Of a DNA stretch of 64,000 bases, positions 46,047-55,313 are shown one piece after another; position 1 is the stretch's first letter; every line of letters begins with the position of its first letter. Origin of the DNA: Candidatus Marinacidobacterium sp. (GTDB lineage Bacteria; Acidobacteriota; Vicinamibacteria; Marinacidobacterales; Marinacidobacteraceae). The DNA is taken from positions 1,490,266 through 1,554,265 of the forward strand of contig OZ242011.1 of assembly GCA_965204755.1 (NCBI GenBank), written 5' to 3'. The notes below the pieces were generated by a model. The model ran no database searches, was not told where the DNA came from, and worked only from the letters and a program-made list of their open reading frames with translations. Both the position numbers and the translations under genes were made by a program.

Positions 46047-49000
46047 ACGCGCCGCCGCGCCCGCCGGGGTTCGAGGCGCTCTTCGACGCAGTGGCGCGGC
46101 GGCGGGAGGCCGGCGTCCGGGAAGTCGTCCGGCTCTCCGGCCCGGCCCGGCTGGCGGTGGCGGCGGCCTGGGCGGCGCTCGGCCAGCGGCCGCTGGCGCT
46201 CTTCCTGCCCGGCGATCCGGAACTGCTCCCCGCCTCCGCCGACTTGGAGACGCTGCTGCGCGCCTTCGGCGTCTCCCGCCCGGTGCTTCGGCTTCCCGGC
46301 GTCGCGGTGAACCCGTACGGGGGCGGCTCGCCGCATCCGGAGGCGCTGGCGCTCCGCGCGGAGGCGCTCGCCTCGCTGGCGTCCGGCGGCGCCGACGGGG
46401 CGCCTCCGCCGGTGGTCGTCGCCTCGGCCGCCGGGGCGCTCGCCCGCACGGCCGCGCCTGACCGGATCGCCGCCGCCGGGATCCGACTGGCGCGCGGAGG
46501 CTCGGGTTCGCCGATCGGGATCGCCCGGCGGCTGGCCGACGCCGGCTACCGGCACGAGAACCCGGTCGGGTCGCCCGGGGACTTCGCCCGCCGGGGCGGC
46601 ATCCTCGATGTGTTCCCGGTGCGCCGGAGACTGCCGGTGCGCGTCGAGTTCGCCTTCGACGAAGTCGAAGACCTGCGGGAGTTCGAAGTGGACACCCAGC
46701 GAAGCGGCGACCACCTGGAGCGGCCCGCCGAACTCCGGGTCCCGCCGGCGTGGGAGTGGATCGGCGCGAACCCGCCGGCCGGCCCGGAAGAGCCGCATCC
46801 GGCGTTCTCCTCGCCGGGTAAGGCCGGCTTCCGGAGCGGCCTCGCGGAGTACTTGGAGGGCGCGGACCTCCTCCTCGCCGACCCGGAGCGGTTCCGGGAA
46901 GCCGCCGAGGGGGAGACCCTGCGGATCGCGGAATCACATTCGTCCGCCGGGCGCCGGCGTCCGGTCGGCGCGGCGGCGCCGGAGGAGTTGCTCTCCGACC
47001 ACGAGGAACTGCTCGACCATCTCGATCGGCGGCCGCCGGCCGGCGCGGTGCGGCTCCGCGCGCTCGATCCGCCGGCGAGGCGGCGGCGGGCGCCGGAGGG
47101 AGCGTTCCCCGCCGAGGAGATCGCGTCCCGGCCGGCGGAGTCCTACGCCCGCCGCCCGGCGGAACTCTTCGAGAGTCTGACCCGGCCGGCGCCGGCGGGG
47201 GCCGCGGCGCATGTGTTCGCCCCCGGGGAGGGCGCCGCCGCCCGGTTCCGGGAACGCGCCGCGCAGGCGGGCGCCCGGGTTTCCGACGACGAGAGCGGGG
47301 TCGGCGTCGGGGTCGAAGCGCCGCCGCGGGTCTTCACGCACTCCGGCCGGTTGAGCGCCGGGTTCGAGATGCCCGGCATCGCGCTCCGCGTGGTGAGCGC
47401 CGCCGCTCTCCTGGGCGCCCCGCCCCGCGCGCGCCCCGCCCGTTCTTCCCGGACCCGGAGTTTCTTCTCCGACTTCCGCGACCTGAAACCCGGAGACCCG
47501 GTGGTCCACGCCGACCACGGGGTGGGCCGGTTCGTCCGGATCACCCGGCTGGACTCCGGCGAGGGCGCGCCGGAACTCGTGGAGATCCAGTACGCCAAGG
47601 GGGCGCGGCTCTTCGTGCCGGTGGACCGGCTGGACCTGCTCGACCGCTACAGCGCCGGCGGCGACGGGGCCGCGCCGCCGCTCGACCGGCTGGGGGGCGG
47701 CGCCTGGGGACGGCGGCGGAAGCGGGTGGCCCGGGCGCTCCGGGACATCGCCGACGACCTCATCCGGTTGTACGCCGAGCGGCGCGAGACTCCGGGGCAC
47801 GCGTTCGCGCAGGACACGCCGGGGCTCGGCGAATTCGAGGACGGCTTCGAGTGGGAGGAGACCGAAGACCAGGCGCGGGCGATCCGGGAGGTCTTCGCCG
47901 ACATGGAGTCCCCGGCGCCGATGGACCGGCTGCTCGCCGGCGATGTGGGTTTCGGCAAGACGGAAGTGGCGCTCCGGGCGGCGTTCAAGGCCGCGATGGA
48001 CGGCAAACAGGCGGCGATCCTGGCGCCGACGACGGTGCTCGCCGCGCAGCACGCCCGGGTGTTCGCCGAGCGGTTCCGCCCCTTCCCGATCCGGGTGGAA
48101 CTGCTCTCCCGGTTCCGCGCGCCGAAGCAGCAGCGCGAGACCGCCGCCGGGCTCCGGAGCGGGGCGGTGGACATCGTCATCGGGACGCATCGGCTCCTGT
48201 CGAAGGATGTGGAGTTCCGCGACCTGGGCCTGCTGGTGGTGGACGAGGAGCAGCGCTTCGGGGTGGCGGCCAAGGAGCGGCTCAAGCGGCTGGCCTCCGG
48301 GGTGGACCATCTCGCCCTGACCGCGACCCCGATCCCCCGGACGCTGAACATGTCGCTCGCCGGCATCCGCGACCTCTCGGTCATCGAGACCGCGCCCCGG
48401 GACCGCATGGCCATCCACACCGAGGTCCGGCCGTTCGACCCGCCGTTGATCGCCGAGGCCATCCGGCACGAGATGGCGCGGGACGGGCAGGTGTACTTCG
48501 TCCACAACCGGATCGGGTCGCTGGACGCGATGGCCGCCTGGCTCGGCGACCTGACGCCGGAAGCGAAGATCCTCACCGCGCACGGAAAGATGCCGGAGGC
48601 GGCGCTCGAGCGGACGATCCTCCGCTTCCAGAACGGGGAGGCCGACATCCTGCTGGCGACCACGATCATCGAGAACGGTCTCGACCTGCCCCGGGTGAAC
48701 ACCCTGCTGGTGAACCGGGCGGAGACTTTCGGCCTGTCGCAGTTGTACCAAATCCGCGGCCGGGTGGGGCGCTCCTCGCGGAGGGCGTACGCCTACCTGC
48801 TGACGCCGCCGGGAGGCCCGGTCCCGGAACGGGCGGAGCCCCGGCTCCGGGCGCTGCGCGAGTTCAGCGAACTCGGGGCCGGCTTCCGCATCGCGGCGCT
48901 CGACCTGGAGTTGCGCGGAGCGGGGAACCTGCTCGGAGCGGCGCAGCACGGCCACCTCGAAGCGGTCGGCTTCGACCTCTACCATCGGCTGCTCGAAGAG

Positions 49001-49489
49001 GCGGTGGCCGAAGCGCGCGGAACGCCGAAGCGCGGCCGCTGCTCCATGAACCTGAAATTCCAGTTGCGGATCCCGGACGCCTACATCGAAGAGGAGCGGC
49101 AGCGGATGTGGCTCTACAAGCGGTGCTCGTCGGCGGCTTCGGAGGAGGATCTCTCCCGGCTGACCTCGGAGGCGCGCGACCGGTTCGGGCCGCCGCCGGA
49201 GGAGGTCTCGCTCCTGTTCCGGCATGTGGGCCTGCGCCTCCGGGCCGAGGCTCTCGGCTACGCGGGAATCCACCGGGAGAGCGGGCGGGACGGCGGCGCC
49301 CTCCGCTTCGACTCCGCCGGAGAAGAAGGCGCGGCCGGCGGGTTCCGGGCGCCGCTGCCGGCGGCATCCGACCCGGCGGCGGTGCTCGACTCGCTGGAGA
49401 CCGCGCTTTCGGCGGTGGAAGCGGTCCGCGCCGGAGCGCCGCCTCCCCCGCCGACCCCCGCGGTCGCCGCCGCGGCAGCGGGAACATGA
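46043..49489 (+). CDS. mfd: Transcription-repair coupling factor
   Basis: 1148 aa; SF2 helicase motifs GDVGFGKTEVALRAAF (Walker A), VVDEEQRFGV (DEEQ), the TRG motif region and a C-terminal TRCF domain. Confidence 0.95.
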   Translation: MNAPPRPPGFEALFDAVARRREAGVREVVRLSGPARLAVAAAWAALGQRPLALFLPGDPELLPASADLETLLRAFGVSRPVLRLPGVAVNPYGGGSPHPEALALRAEALASLASGGADGAPPPVVVASAAGALARTAAPDRIAAAGIRLARGGSGSPIGIARRLADAGYRHENPVGSPGDFARRGGILDVFPVRRRLPVRVEFAFDEVEDLREFEVDTQRSGDHLERPAELRVPPAWEWIGANPPAGPEEPHPAFSSPGKAGFRSGLAEYLEGADLLLADPERFREAAEGETLRIAESHSSAGRRRPVGAAAPEELLSDHEELLDHLDRRPPAGAVRLRALDPPARRRRAPEGAFPAEEIASRPAESYARRPAELFESLTRPAPAGAAAHVFAPGEGAAARFRERAAQAGARVSDDESGVGVGVEAPPRVFTHSGRLSAGFEMPGIALRVVSAAALLGAPPRARPARSSRTRSFFSDFRDLKPGDPVVHADHGVGRFVRITRLDSGEGAPELVEIQYAKGARLFVPVDRLDLLDRYSAGGDGAAPPLDRLGGGAWGRRRKRVARALRDIADDLIRLYAERRETPGHAFAQDTPGLGEFEDGFEWEETEDQARAIREVFADMESPAPMDRLLAGDVGFGKTEVALRAAFKAAMDGKQAAILAPTTVLAAQHARVFAERFRPFPIRVELLSRFRAPKQQRETAAGLRSGAVDIVIGTHRLLSKDVEFRDLGLLVVDEEQRFGVAAKERLKRLASGVDHLALTATPIPRTLNMSLAGIRDLSVIETAPRDRMAIHTEVRPFDPPLIAEAIRHEMARDGQVYFVHNRIGSLDAMAAWLGDLTPEAKILTAHGKMPEAALERTILRFQNGEADILLATTIIENGLDLPRVNTLLVNRAETFGLSQLYQIRGRVGRSSRRAYAYLLTPPGGPVPERAEPRLRALREFSELGAGFRIAALDLELRGAGNLLGAAQHGHLEAVGFDLYHRLLEEAVAEARGTPKRGRCSMNLKFQLRIPDAYIEEERQRMWLYKRCSSAASEEDLSRLTSEARDRFGPPPEEVSLLFRHVGLRLRAEALGYAGIHRESGRDGGALRFDSAGEEGAAGGFRAPLPAASDPAAVLDSLETALSAVEAVRAGAPPPPPTPAVAAAAAGT

Positions 49490-50481
49490 CTCCTCGGCGG
49501 CGCGCGCGCGTTCCCGCGGCGGCCCTCTTCGCCCTCCTGTTCGCCCTGTTCGGCCTGTTCGCCCTGTCGGCCGGATGCGGGTTCGTCGCCGACCCGGACG
49601 GGCGTCCGGTCCTGAGCATCGGCGACCGGGACTACACCCACGCCGAGTTCGACGAGTTCGTGACCGCCCGGACCGCGCTGGGCATTCCCGTCGACGCCGC
49701 CCTGCTCAGCGTGCTGTTCGACGAGTTCGTGCGGGAGCAGTTGTTCCTGATCGCCGCCGACGACGCCGGGATCGAGGTCTCCGCGATGCGGGTGGCGGCG
49801 GAAGTGAGCGCCCTAGAACGGCTGCCCGGCGCCGGCCCGGGCGGAGGGGAAGCGGCCGCCGACGAGCCGGCCCCCGCGGGTCCGCCCCCGGTCGCGCGCC
49901 GGCAGGTGCGCAACCGGCTGCGGATCGAACGCCTGCTGGAAACCGAGTTGCTCGGCGACCTGGCGCCGTCGGACGAGGCGGCGCTGCTGGAGTTCGAGAG
50001 CGGGCTCCCGTTCTATTCCCGCCCGGAAACGGTGTCGCTCTCCGAGCGGGCGTTCGAGGACCGCGAAGAGGCGGAGGCCGCGCTCGCCGAGATCCGGGCG
50101 GCGGCTTCGGAAACGGAGGACGGAGGGGAACCGGGGGCGGAGGGACCGTCGGCGCCGGAAGGTTTCGCCGCCATCGGCGCCTTCCGGCGCGGCGAGTTGC
50201 CGGAAGCGGTGGGTGAAGTCGTCTTCGAACTGGAGGCCGGCGACGCGACGGAGGTCATCGAGACCGCTACCGGTTTCCGCATCTACCGGGTCGAAGAACA
50301 CCAGCCGGGCGGCCGGCTGGAGTTCGAGGAAGTCGAGGAAGTGGTGCAGTTGACCGTGCTGCGGCGGGAAGCGGATGCCCGCATCGCCGCCTTCCTCGAA
50401 GACCTGCGCGCCCGGCACCCGGTGGAAGTCCACGCCGCCCGGCTCCGCTTCCCCTATGTCGGCCTCCTCGCCGAACCCTGA
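49486..50481 (+). CDS. SurA-N-domain/parvulin-type peptidyl-prolyl isomerase, secreted
   Basis: The ATG at 49486 overlaps the mfd stop. Signal peptide (AALFALLFALFGLFALSAGC) and a C-terminal PpiC-like region (…GEVVFELEAGDATEVIETATGFRIYRVEE). Confidence 0.7.
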   Translation: MTPRRRARVPAAALFALLFALFGLFALSAGCGFVADPDGRPVLSIGDRDYTHAEFDEFVTARTALGIPVDAALLSVLFDEFVREQLFLIAADDAGIEVSAMRVAAEVSALERLPGAGPGGGEAAADEPAPAGPPPVARRQVRNRLRIERLLETELLGDLAPSDEAALLEFESGLPFYSRPETVSLSERAFEDREEAEAALAEIRAAASETEDGGEPGAEGPSAPEGFAAIGAFRRGELPEAVGEVVFELEAGDATEVIETATGFRIYRVEEHQPGGRLEFEEVEEVVQLTVLRREADARIAAFLEDLRARHPVEVHAARLRFPYVGLLAEP

Positions 50482-50526
50482 CCGGCCGAAGATCCTCCGA
50501 CCGAACCCGTTTCCCCGCTCTCTACA

Positions 50527-51621
50527 ATGCCTTCGCGCCCGATGACTCCCCCGCTGCCCCGCCTGCTGACCCGCCCCCTGACCCACCTGCCGCCACTCCC
50601 GAAGTTCCGACTCTCGGCGCCGTCCGCGGGGCCCCGGCGCTTCGCCCCGGCGCTGGCCGCCGCCGCGCTCGCCCTCGCGGCCGCGGCCGCCTCCGCCCAG
50701 GAGACGCCCCCTCCGGGGCCGGAGGTGGTGGACCGGGTGGTGGCGCTGGTGAACGGGGACATGATCACGCTCAGCGAACTCGAGCGGCAGGTCACCGTCC
50801 AGTCCGAGCGGCTCGGCGTCCCCGAAGACGATCCGGCGCTGGCGGCGGAGTTCCGCTCGCGCATCCTCCAGGGGATGGTGGACAACGCCCTCATCCTGCA
50901 ACTGGCGGAAGAACGCGGCCTCCGGGTTCCCGACCGCTACTTCGACGACTGGAAGGAGCAGACGATCAAGGAGATGAACCTGCCCGACGAGGCGGAGTTC
51001 ATCCGCCAGGTGGAACTGCAGGGGACGAACCTCGAAGAACTGAAGAAGCAGTTCTTCGAAGGCGTGCTCATCCAGGAGATCCGCCGGCAGGACATCGAGG
51101 AGCGGGTGCGGATCAGCGAGCCGGAGATCGAGCAGCGCTACCGCGAGAATGTGGACGAGTTCGTCACGCCGCCCAAGGTCCGCCTCAACGAGATCGTGAT
51201 CCACATCGGGGAAGCGGGAGAGGCGGACGCCCGCTCGCGCATCGAGGAGGCGAAACGGCTCGTCGCTTCCGGGAACGCGTTCTCGGAAGTCGCCGGCGTG
51301 CGCTCCGAATCCGCCTCCGCGGAGAGCGGCGGCGCGCTCGGGCTCTTCGAACTCGGCGAGTTGGACGAAACCTTCCGGACCGTGGTGGAGAGCCTCGAGA
51401 CCGGCGGGGTGTCGGACCCGATCCGCCTCGGCGACTCGTTCTACCTGCTCGGCGTGGAGGAACGGACCGAGGAGACCACCACGCCGCTCGACGAGGTGCG
51501 CAACCAGATCGCGGAATCGCTCTACGCCGAGAAGATGGAGACCGAGATGGCCGCCTTCGTGGAGAACCTGCGCAAGAACGCGATCGTCGAAATCCGGCTC
51601 GAGGACTCGCCGTCGCCCTGA
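50527..51621 (+). CDS. SurA-family peptidyl-prolyl cis-trans isomerase (chaperone)
   Basis: Signal peptide, a SurA N-domain (…VVALVNGDMITLSELERQ…) and a PpiC domain (…SESGGALGLFELGELDETFRTVVESLETGGVSDPIRLGDSFYLLGVEE). Confidence 0.8.
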   Translation: MPSRPMTPPLPRLLTRPLTHLPPLPKFRLSAPSAGPRRFAPALAAAALALAAAAASAQETPPPGPEVVDRVVALVNGDMITLSELERQVTVQSERLGVPEDDPALAAEFRSRILQGMVDNALILQLAEERGLRVPDRYFDDWKEQTIKEMNLPDEAEFIRQVELQGTNLEELKKQFFEGVLIQEIRRQDIEERVRISEPEIEQRYRENVDEFVTPPKVRLNEIVIHIGEAGEADARSRIEEAKRLVASGNAFSEVAGVRSESASAESGGALGLFELGELDETFRTVVESLETGGVSDPIRLGDSFYLLGVEERTEETTTPLDEVRNQIAESLYAEKMETEMAAFVENLRKNAIVEIRLEDSPSP

Positions 51622-51669
51622 TCCGCCCTCCGGTGGGCGAAGCCGCCCGGGAGGCGGGGCCGCCGGCGC

Positions 51670-52710
51670 TCAGCCTCCCCGGGTGTGCATCTCGAGGTGC
51701 GGGTTCTCCTCGAGCGCCTTCCGGCCGAGCAGCGCCGTCCGATCGGCGAGCGCTGCCCGCTCTTCGGCCCCGCGGGCGTCCCGGGCGGCCCACTCGCCGA
51801 GGATGAGCGCCTCGAGGGCGTCCGCGTCCGCGCCGGCGCGGAGCGGCGCCCGCAGGTCCCGGCCGGAGGCGGCGTAGAGGCAGTCGAACCACCTCCCGTC
51901 GGCGGTCAGCCGGCTCCGGTCGCAGGCGCGGCAGAAGGGCTCGGTGACCGAGGCGATGGTCCCGAACACCCGACCGTCGGGAATCCGGTAGCGCCGCGCC
52001 GGCGCCGCCGGGTCGCCGTCCGGGACGGACTCCGGGGCGCCGTAGCGCGAGGCCATGGCGCTGCGGATCTCGGCGGCGGAGACCACCCGGTCGGCGCTCC
52101 ACTCGGTCGCGCCGCCCACATCCATGTACTCGATGAACCGGACTTCGGCGCCCTGCTCCGAGGCGAACTCGAAGAGGTCGGTCAACTCGTCCTCGTTCAC
52201 GCCGCGCATCACCACCGTGTCCAGTTTCAGCGGGGCGAGACCGGCGGCGCCGGCGGCGGCGATCCCGGCCCGAACCCGGTCGAGGCCGTCGCGGCGGGTC
52301 AGGGCGCGGAAGCGGTCGGGGCGCAGCGTGTCCAGACTCACGGTGATCCGGGAGAGGCCCGCCGCGGCGAGCGCCCCCGCCGCCGGCGCGAGCAGCAGCC
52401 CGTTGGTGGTGAGCGCGAGGTCCTCGACGAGTTCCAGCGCGGCCAGCCGTTCCAAGAGTTCCGGGAGGTGGGGACGGATCAGCGGCTCCCCGCCGGTGAT
52501 CCGGAGGCGGCGGACCCCGAGCGCCGCGAACCGTTCGGTCAGGAAGACCGTCTCCTCGAAGGAGAGGAGGTCCCGGCGCGGCAGCCAGCGGTAGGTCTCC
52601 TCCGGCATGCAGTAGTGGCAGCGGAGGTTGCAGCGGTCGGTGACCGAGAGCCGGAGGCTCCGCAGCGGGCGCCCGAACCGGTCGAGGGCGGCGGAGGCGG
52701 GAGGGGGCAT
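51670..52710 (-). CDS. moaA: GTP 3',8-cyclase (molybdenum cofactor biosynthesis protein A)
   Basis: Radical-SAM CNLRCHYCMP motif, GGEPL and the C-terminal second Fe-S cluster CRACDRSRLTADGRWFDC. Confidence 0.9.
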   Translation of the reverse strand: MPPPASAALDRFGRPLRSLRLSVTDRCNLRCHYCMPEETYRWLPRRDLLSFEETVFLTERFAALGVRRLRITGGEPLIRPHLPELLERLAALELVEDLALTTNGLLLAPAAGALAAAGLSRITVSLDTLRPDRFRALTRRDGLDRVRAGIAAAGAAGLAPLKLDTVVMRGVNEDELTDLFEFASEQGAEVRFIEYMDVGGATEWSADRVVSAAEIRSAMASRYGAPESVPDGDPAAPARRYRIPDGRVFGTIASVTEPFCRACDRSRLTADGRWFDCLYAASGRDLRAPLRAGADADALEALILGEWAARDARGAEERAALADRTALLGRKALEENPHLEMHTRGG

Positions 52711-52732
52711 CGCCGGGACCGGGCGCCGCCGG

Positions 52733-53572
52733 TCAGTTCACCGAGAGCAGTTCGATCTCGAACAACAGCGTGGCGAAGCCGGGAATGCTGCTGCCCCGCC
52801 CGGCGTCGCCGTACGCCAGGTCGTGCGGGATCACCAGCCGGCGCCGGCCGCCGACCCGCATCCCGGCCACCCCCCGGTTCCACCCGGCGATGACCCCGCC
52901 GGCGCCGGTGTTTCCCAAGGTGAAGGAGAACGGCTCGTCCGCGCCGGCGCTGTCGAACTGCTCGCCGCGGCGGTCTTCGGCGAGCGGGGCGTAGAGCCAG
53001 CCGGTGTAGGTCACGGAGAGCGACGCCCCCTCCGTCGCTTCCTCGCCGGTTCCCTCCTCCAGGTCGGTCTGCCCGTAGGGGACCGGGTCGGCGAAGAGCA
53101 ACTCGAATTCGACCAGCAGGTGCGCGTTCGCCGGGACGCTGGCGGTGCCGTCGGCGCCCCAACCCCGATCCGGCGGAATCACGATCCGCCGCCGGCCGCC
53201 GACCCGCATCCCGGCGACCCCGGCATCCACCCCGGCGATCGTCTGGCCGGCGCCGAGCCGGAAGACGATGGGATCCTCGGCGGTGGCCACGCCGAATTCC
53301 CGCCCGCGGTTGTCGTCCGCGTCCTCGTCATAGACCCAGCCCTGGTAGGCGCCGGCGACCAGGTCGCCGTCGGACGCCTCCCGGCCGTCCCCCTCCTCCA
53401 GATCGGTCGCGCTGAACGGGAGGTCCAGCGCCGGAGGAGCGGGATCGGGCGTCGTCGGCGAGTCGCCTCCGCAGGCGGCGAGGAGCGCCGAGGGCAGGAA
53501 CGCCGCAGCGAGCGCGCGGCCGAACGGGGGGCGGCGCGGGAGCGGGAGTCGGGGCATCTGTTTCCGATTCAC
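52733..53572 (-). CDS. FKBP-type peptidyl-prolyl isomerase with two tandem FKBP domains, lipoprotein signal
   Basis: Lipobox (…LLAACGG); two copies of …GW(V/L)Y…G…FDS…F.LG….IAG(W/V)….GMRVGGRRR(I/L)VIP…AYG…G…IP…A.L.FE.EL. Confidence 0.85.
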   Translation of the reverse strand: MNRKQMPRLPLPRRPPFGRALAAAFLPSALLAACGGDSPTTPDPAPPALDLPFSATDLEEGDGREASDGDLVAGAYQGWVYDEDADDNRGREFGVATAEDPIVFRLGAGQTIAGVDAGVAGMRVGGRRRIVIPPDRGWGADGTASVPANAHLLVEFELLFADPVPYGQTDLEEGTGEEATEGASLSVTYTGWLYAPLAEDRRGEQFDSAGADEPFSFTLGNTGAGGVIAGWNRGVAGMRVGGRRRLVIPHDLAYGDAGRGSSIPGFATLLFEIELLSVN

Positions 53573-53772
53573 TGGGGGTTCAACGGGATTCGATCACGAA
53601 CGCGGGAGGAACCCGCCCGGACGGGCGGCGGCGACCCGGCCTTCGGCGAAGACCGTCCCACCGGGGACGGCGCCGCGGTGACAGCCCGCCGCAGACGACG
53701 CCGGCCGCGGCGACGACTGCGGCCGCGGCGGGGGAGAGAAAAAGACCGGTCTCGGGAACCGGACGGAGGGGC

Positions 53773-54114
53773 TCAGCCGGCGAGGAGGGACTCCAGTTTG
53801 GCGGCCAGTTTGTCCTTCGTCTGCACGCCGATCACCTGACCGACGACCTCCCCGTTCCGGAAGAAGAGCAGCGTCGGGATGGACCGCACCTTGTAGTTCT
53901 CTGCGATCCGGGGCTGGTCGTCGATGTTCACCTTGCCGACGACCGCGCGCCCGTGGAAGTCCTCCGCGAGTTCCGCGATCGTGGGCGCGATCATCCGGCA
54001 GGGCCCGCACCACTCGGCCCAGAAGTCCACGAGACTCGGCTGGCTGCCCTGCACCACCGAGTCGAAGTTGGCGTCCGTCAGTTCGACGGCCTGTTTGCCG
54101 TTGCCTTCAGCCAT
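53773..54114 (-). CDS. trxA: Thioredoxin
   Basis: WCGPC active site, 113 aa from the ATG at 54114. The ORF also allows a GTG at 54129. Confidence 0.9.
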   Translation of the reverse strand: MAEGNGKQAVELTDANFDSVVQGSQPSLVDFWAEWCGPCRMIAPTIAELAEDFHGRAVVGKVNIDDQPRIAENYKVRSIPTLLFFRNGEVVGQVIGVQTKDKLAAKLESLLAG

Positions 54115-54246
54115 GAGTTCTCGTTCCACTCCGTTGAAGCGGCGCCTGCCGATGGCGGCGGCGCCGGGAAAACGCCGATTTTAGCAGCGGGACGAGGTTT
54201 CCCCGCCGCGGCCGCGGGCCGCCTCCGCCCGCCGGGGAGGCCGAGA

Positions 54247-55233
54247 ATGGGATACTTGACGCCGGTACCGGCGCGAAAACCACCCCCGCTACGAGCGGAC
54301 GACAGCACTTTGGACTTCCACCATCACGACCACTCGCACGGCCACGCGCACGGGAAAAAGCCGTCGCAGCGGGCGCTGCTGGCGGCGATCGCGTGCACGC
54401 TGACCATCGCGCTGGCGGAGTTCGTCGGCGGATGGATGGCGAACAGCCTGGCGCTCCAGGGCGACGCCGGGCACATGTTGAGCGACACGGCGGCGCTGGG
54501 CGTGTCCTTGTTCGCCGCCTGGCTCGCCACCCGCCCGCTGACGGCGCGCCGCACCTTCGGCCTCCACCGGGCCGAAGTGCTGGCCGCCCTGCTGAACGCG
54601 CTGCTGCTGCTCGGCATCGCCGGCTGGGTGGCGCTCCGGGCGTTCGGCCGGGTCGGGCACCATGTCCACATCTCGGCGCTCCCGGTGCTGGTGATCGCCA
54701 TCATCGGGCTCATCGTCAACCTGATCGCGCTCCGGCTGCTCGGGCACCACCAGCACAGCAACCTGAACATCCGCGGCGCGTTCCTCCATGTGCTCGGGGA
54801 CACGCTGGGTTCGGCGGGAGTGATCGCCTCGGCCATCGTCATCTACTTCACCGACTGGACGCCGATCGACGCGCTGGTCTCGCTGGGGATCGCCGCGCTG
54901 CTCGTCCTCTCCGGAGTCCGGCTGCTGCGCGACAGCGTCTCGGTGCTCATGCTGGCCACGCCGTCCGATGTGGACGCCGGCGAAGTGGAGGCCAGCCTGC
55001 GCGCGGTTCCCGGCATCCGGGGGATCCACGACCTCCACATCTGGACGGTGAACAGCGGTTTCGTTTCCTTCAGTTGCCACGCGGAGATCGAGGAAGACGC
55101 CGTGCCCGACCGGATCCTCCGGCGGGCGACCGATCTCCTCCGGGAGAAGTTCGGGATCCGCCATGTGACGATCCAGCCGGAAGCCGGACCGGTGCACTCC
55201 GAGAGCGACGCCTGCCGGATCGTGGCCACCTGA
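54247..55233 (+). CDS. czcD: Cation diffusion facilitator (Zn/Co/Cd efflux) transporter
   Basis: His-rich N-terminus (HHHDHSHGHAHG), six TMs with HxxxD metal-site motifs (HMLSDTAA, HVLGDTLG) and a C-terminal cytoplasmic domain. Confidence 0.9.
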   Translation: MGYLTPVPARKPPPLRADDSTLDFHHHDHSHGHAHGKKPSQRALLAAIACTLTIALAEFVGGWMANSLALQGDAGHMLSDTAALGVSLFAAWLATRPLTARRTFGLHRAEVLAALLNALLLLGIAGWVALRAFGRVGHHVHISALPVLVIAIIGLIVNLIALRLLGHHQHSNLNIRGAFLHVLGDTLGSAGVIASAIVIYFTDWTPIDALVSLGIAALLVLSGVRLLRDSVSVLMLATPSDVDAGEVEASLRAVPGIRGIHDLHIWTVNSGFVSFSCHAEIEEDAVPDRILRRATDLLREKFGIRHVTIQPEAGPVHSESDACRIVAT

Positions 55234-55313
55234 CGGCCCGTGGCAAAGGCGCTCCGGCGCGAACCCGTGAGGGGCGTTTCGGGCCCCCGCCGGCCCGCCC
55301 CGCCGAGGCGCCG

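Noticed and set aside
44715-46937. 740-aa minus-strand ORF over the NHL protein, LOG and mfd genes
   Set aside because: Pure Arg/Pro/Gly low complexity; it overlaps three supported genes.
53730-53772. Rho-independent terminator just downstream of trxA (gagaccggtctc palindrome plus TTTTTCTC on the minus strand)
   Set aside because: The palindrome has no loop, so the effective stem is only ~4 bp. That is too weak in a 70%-GC genome to call with confidence.
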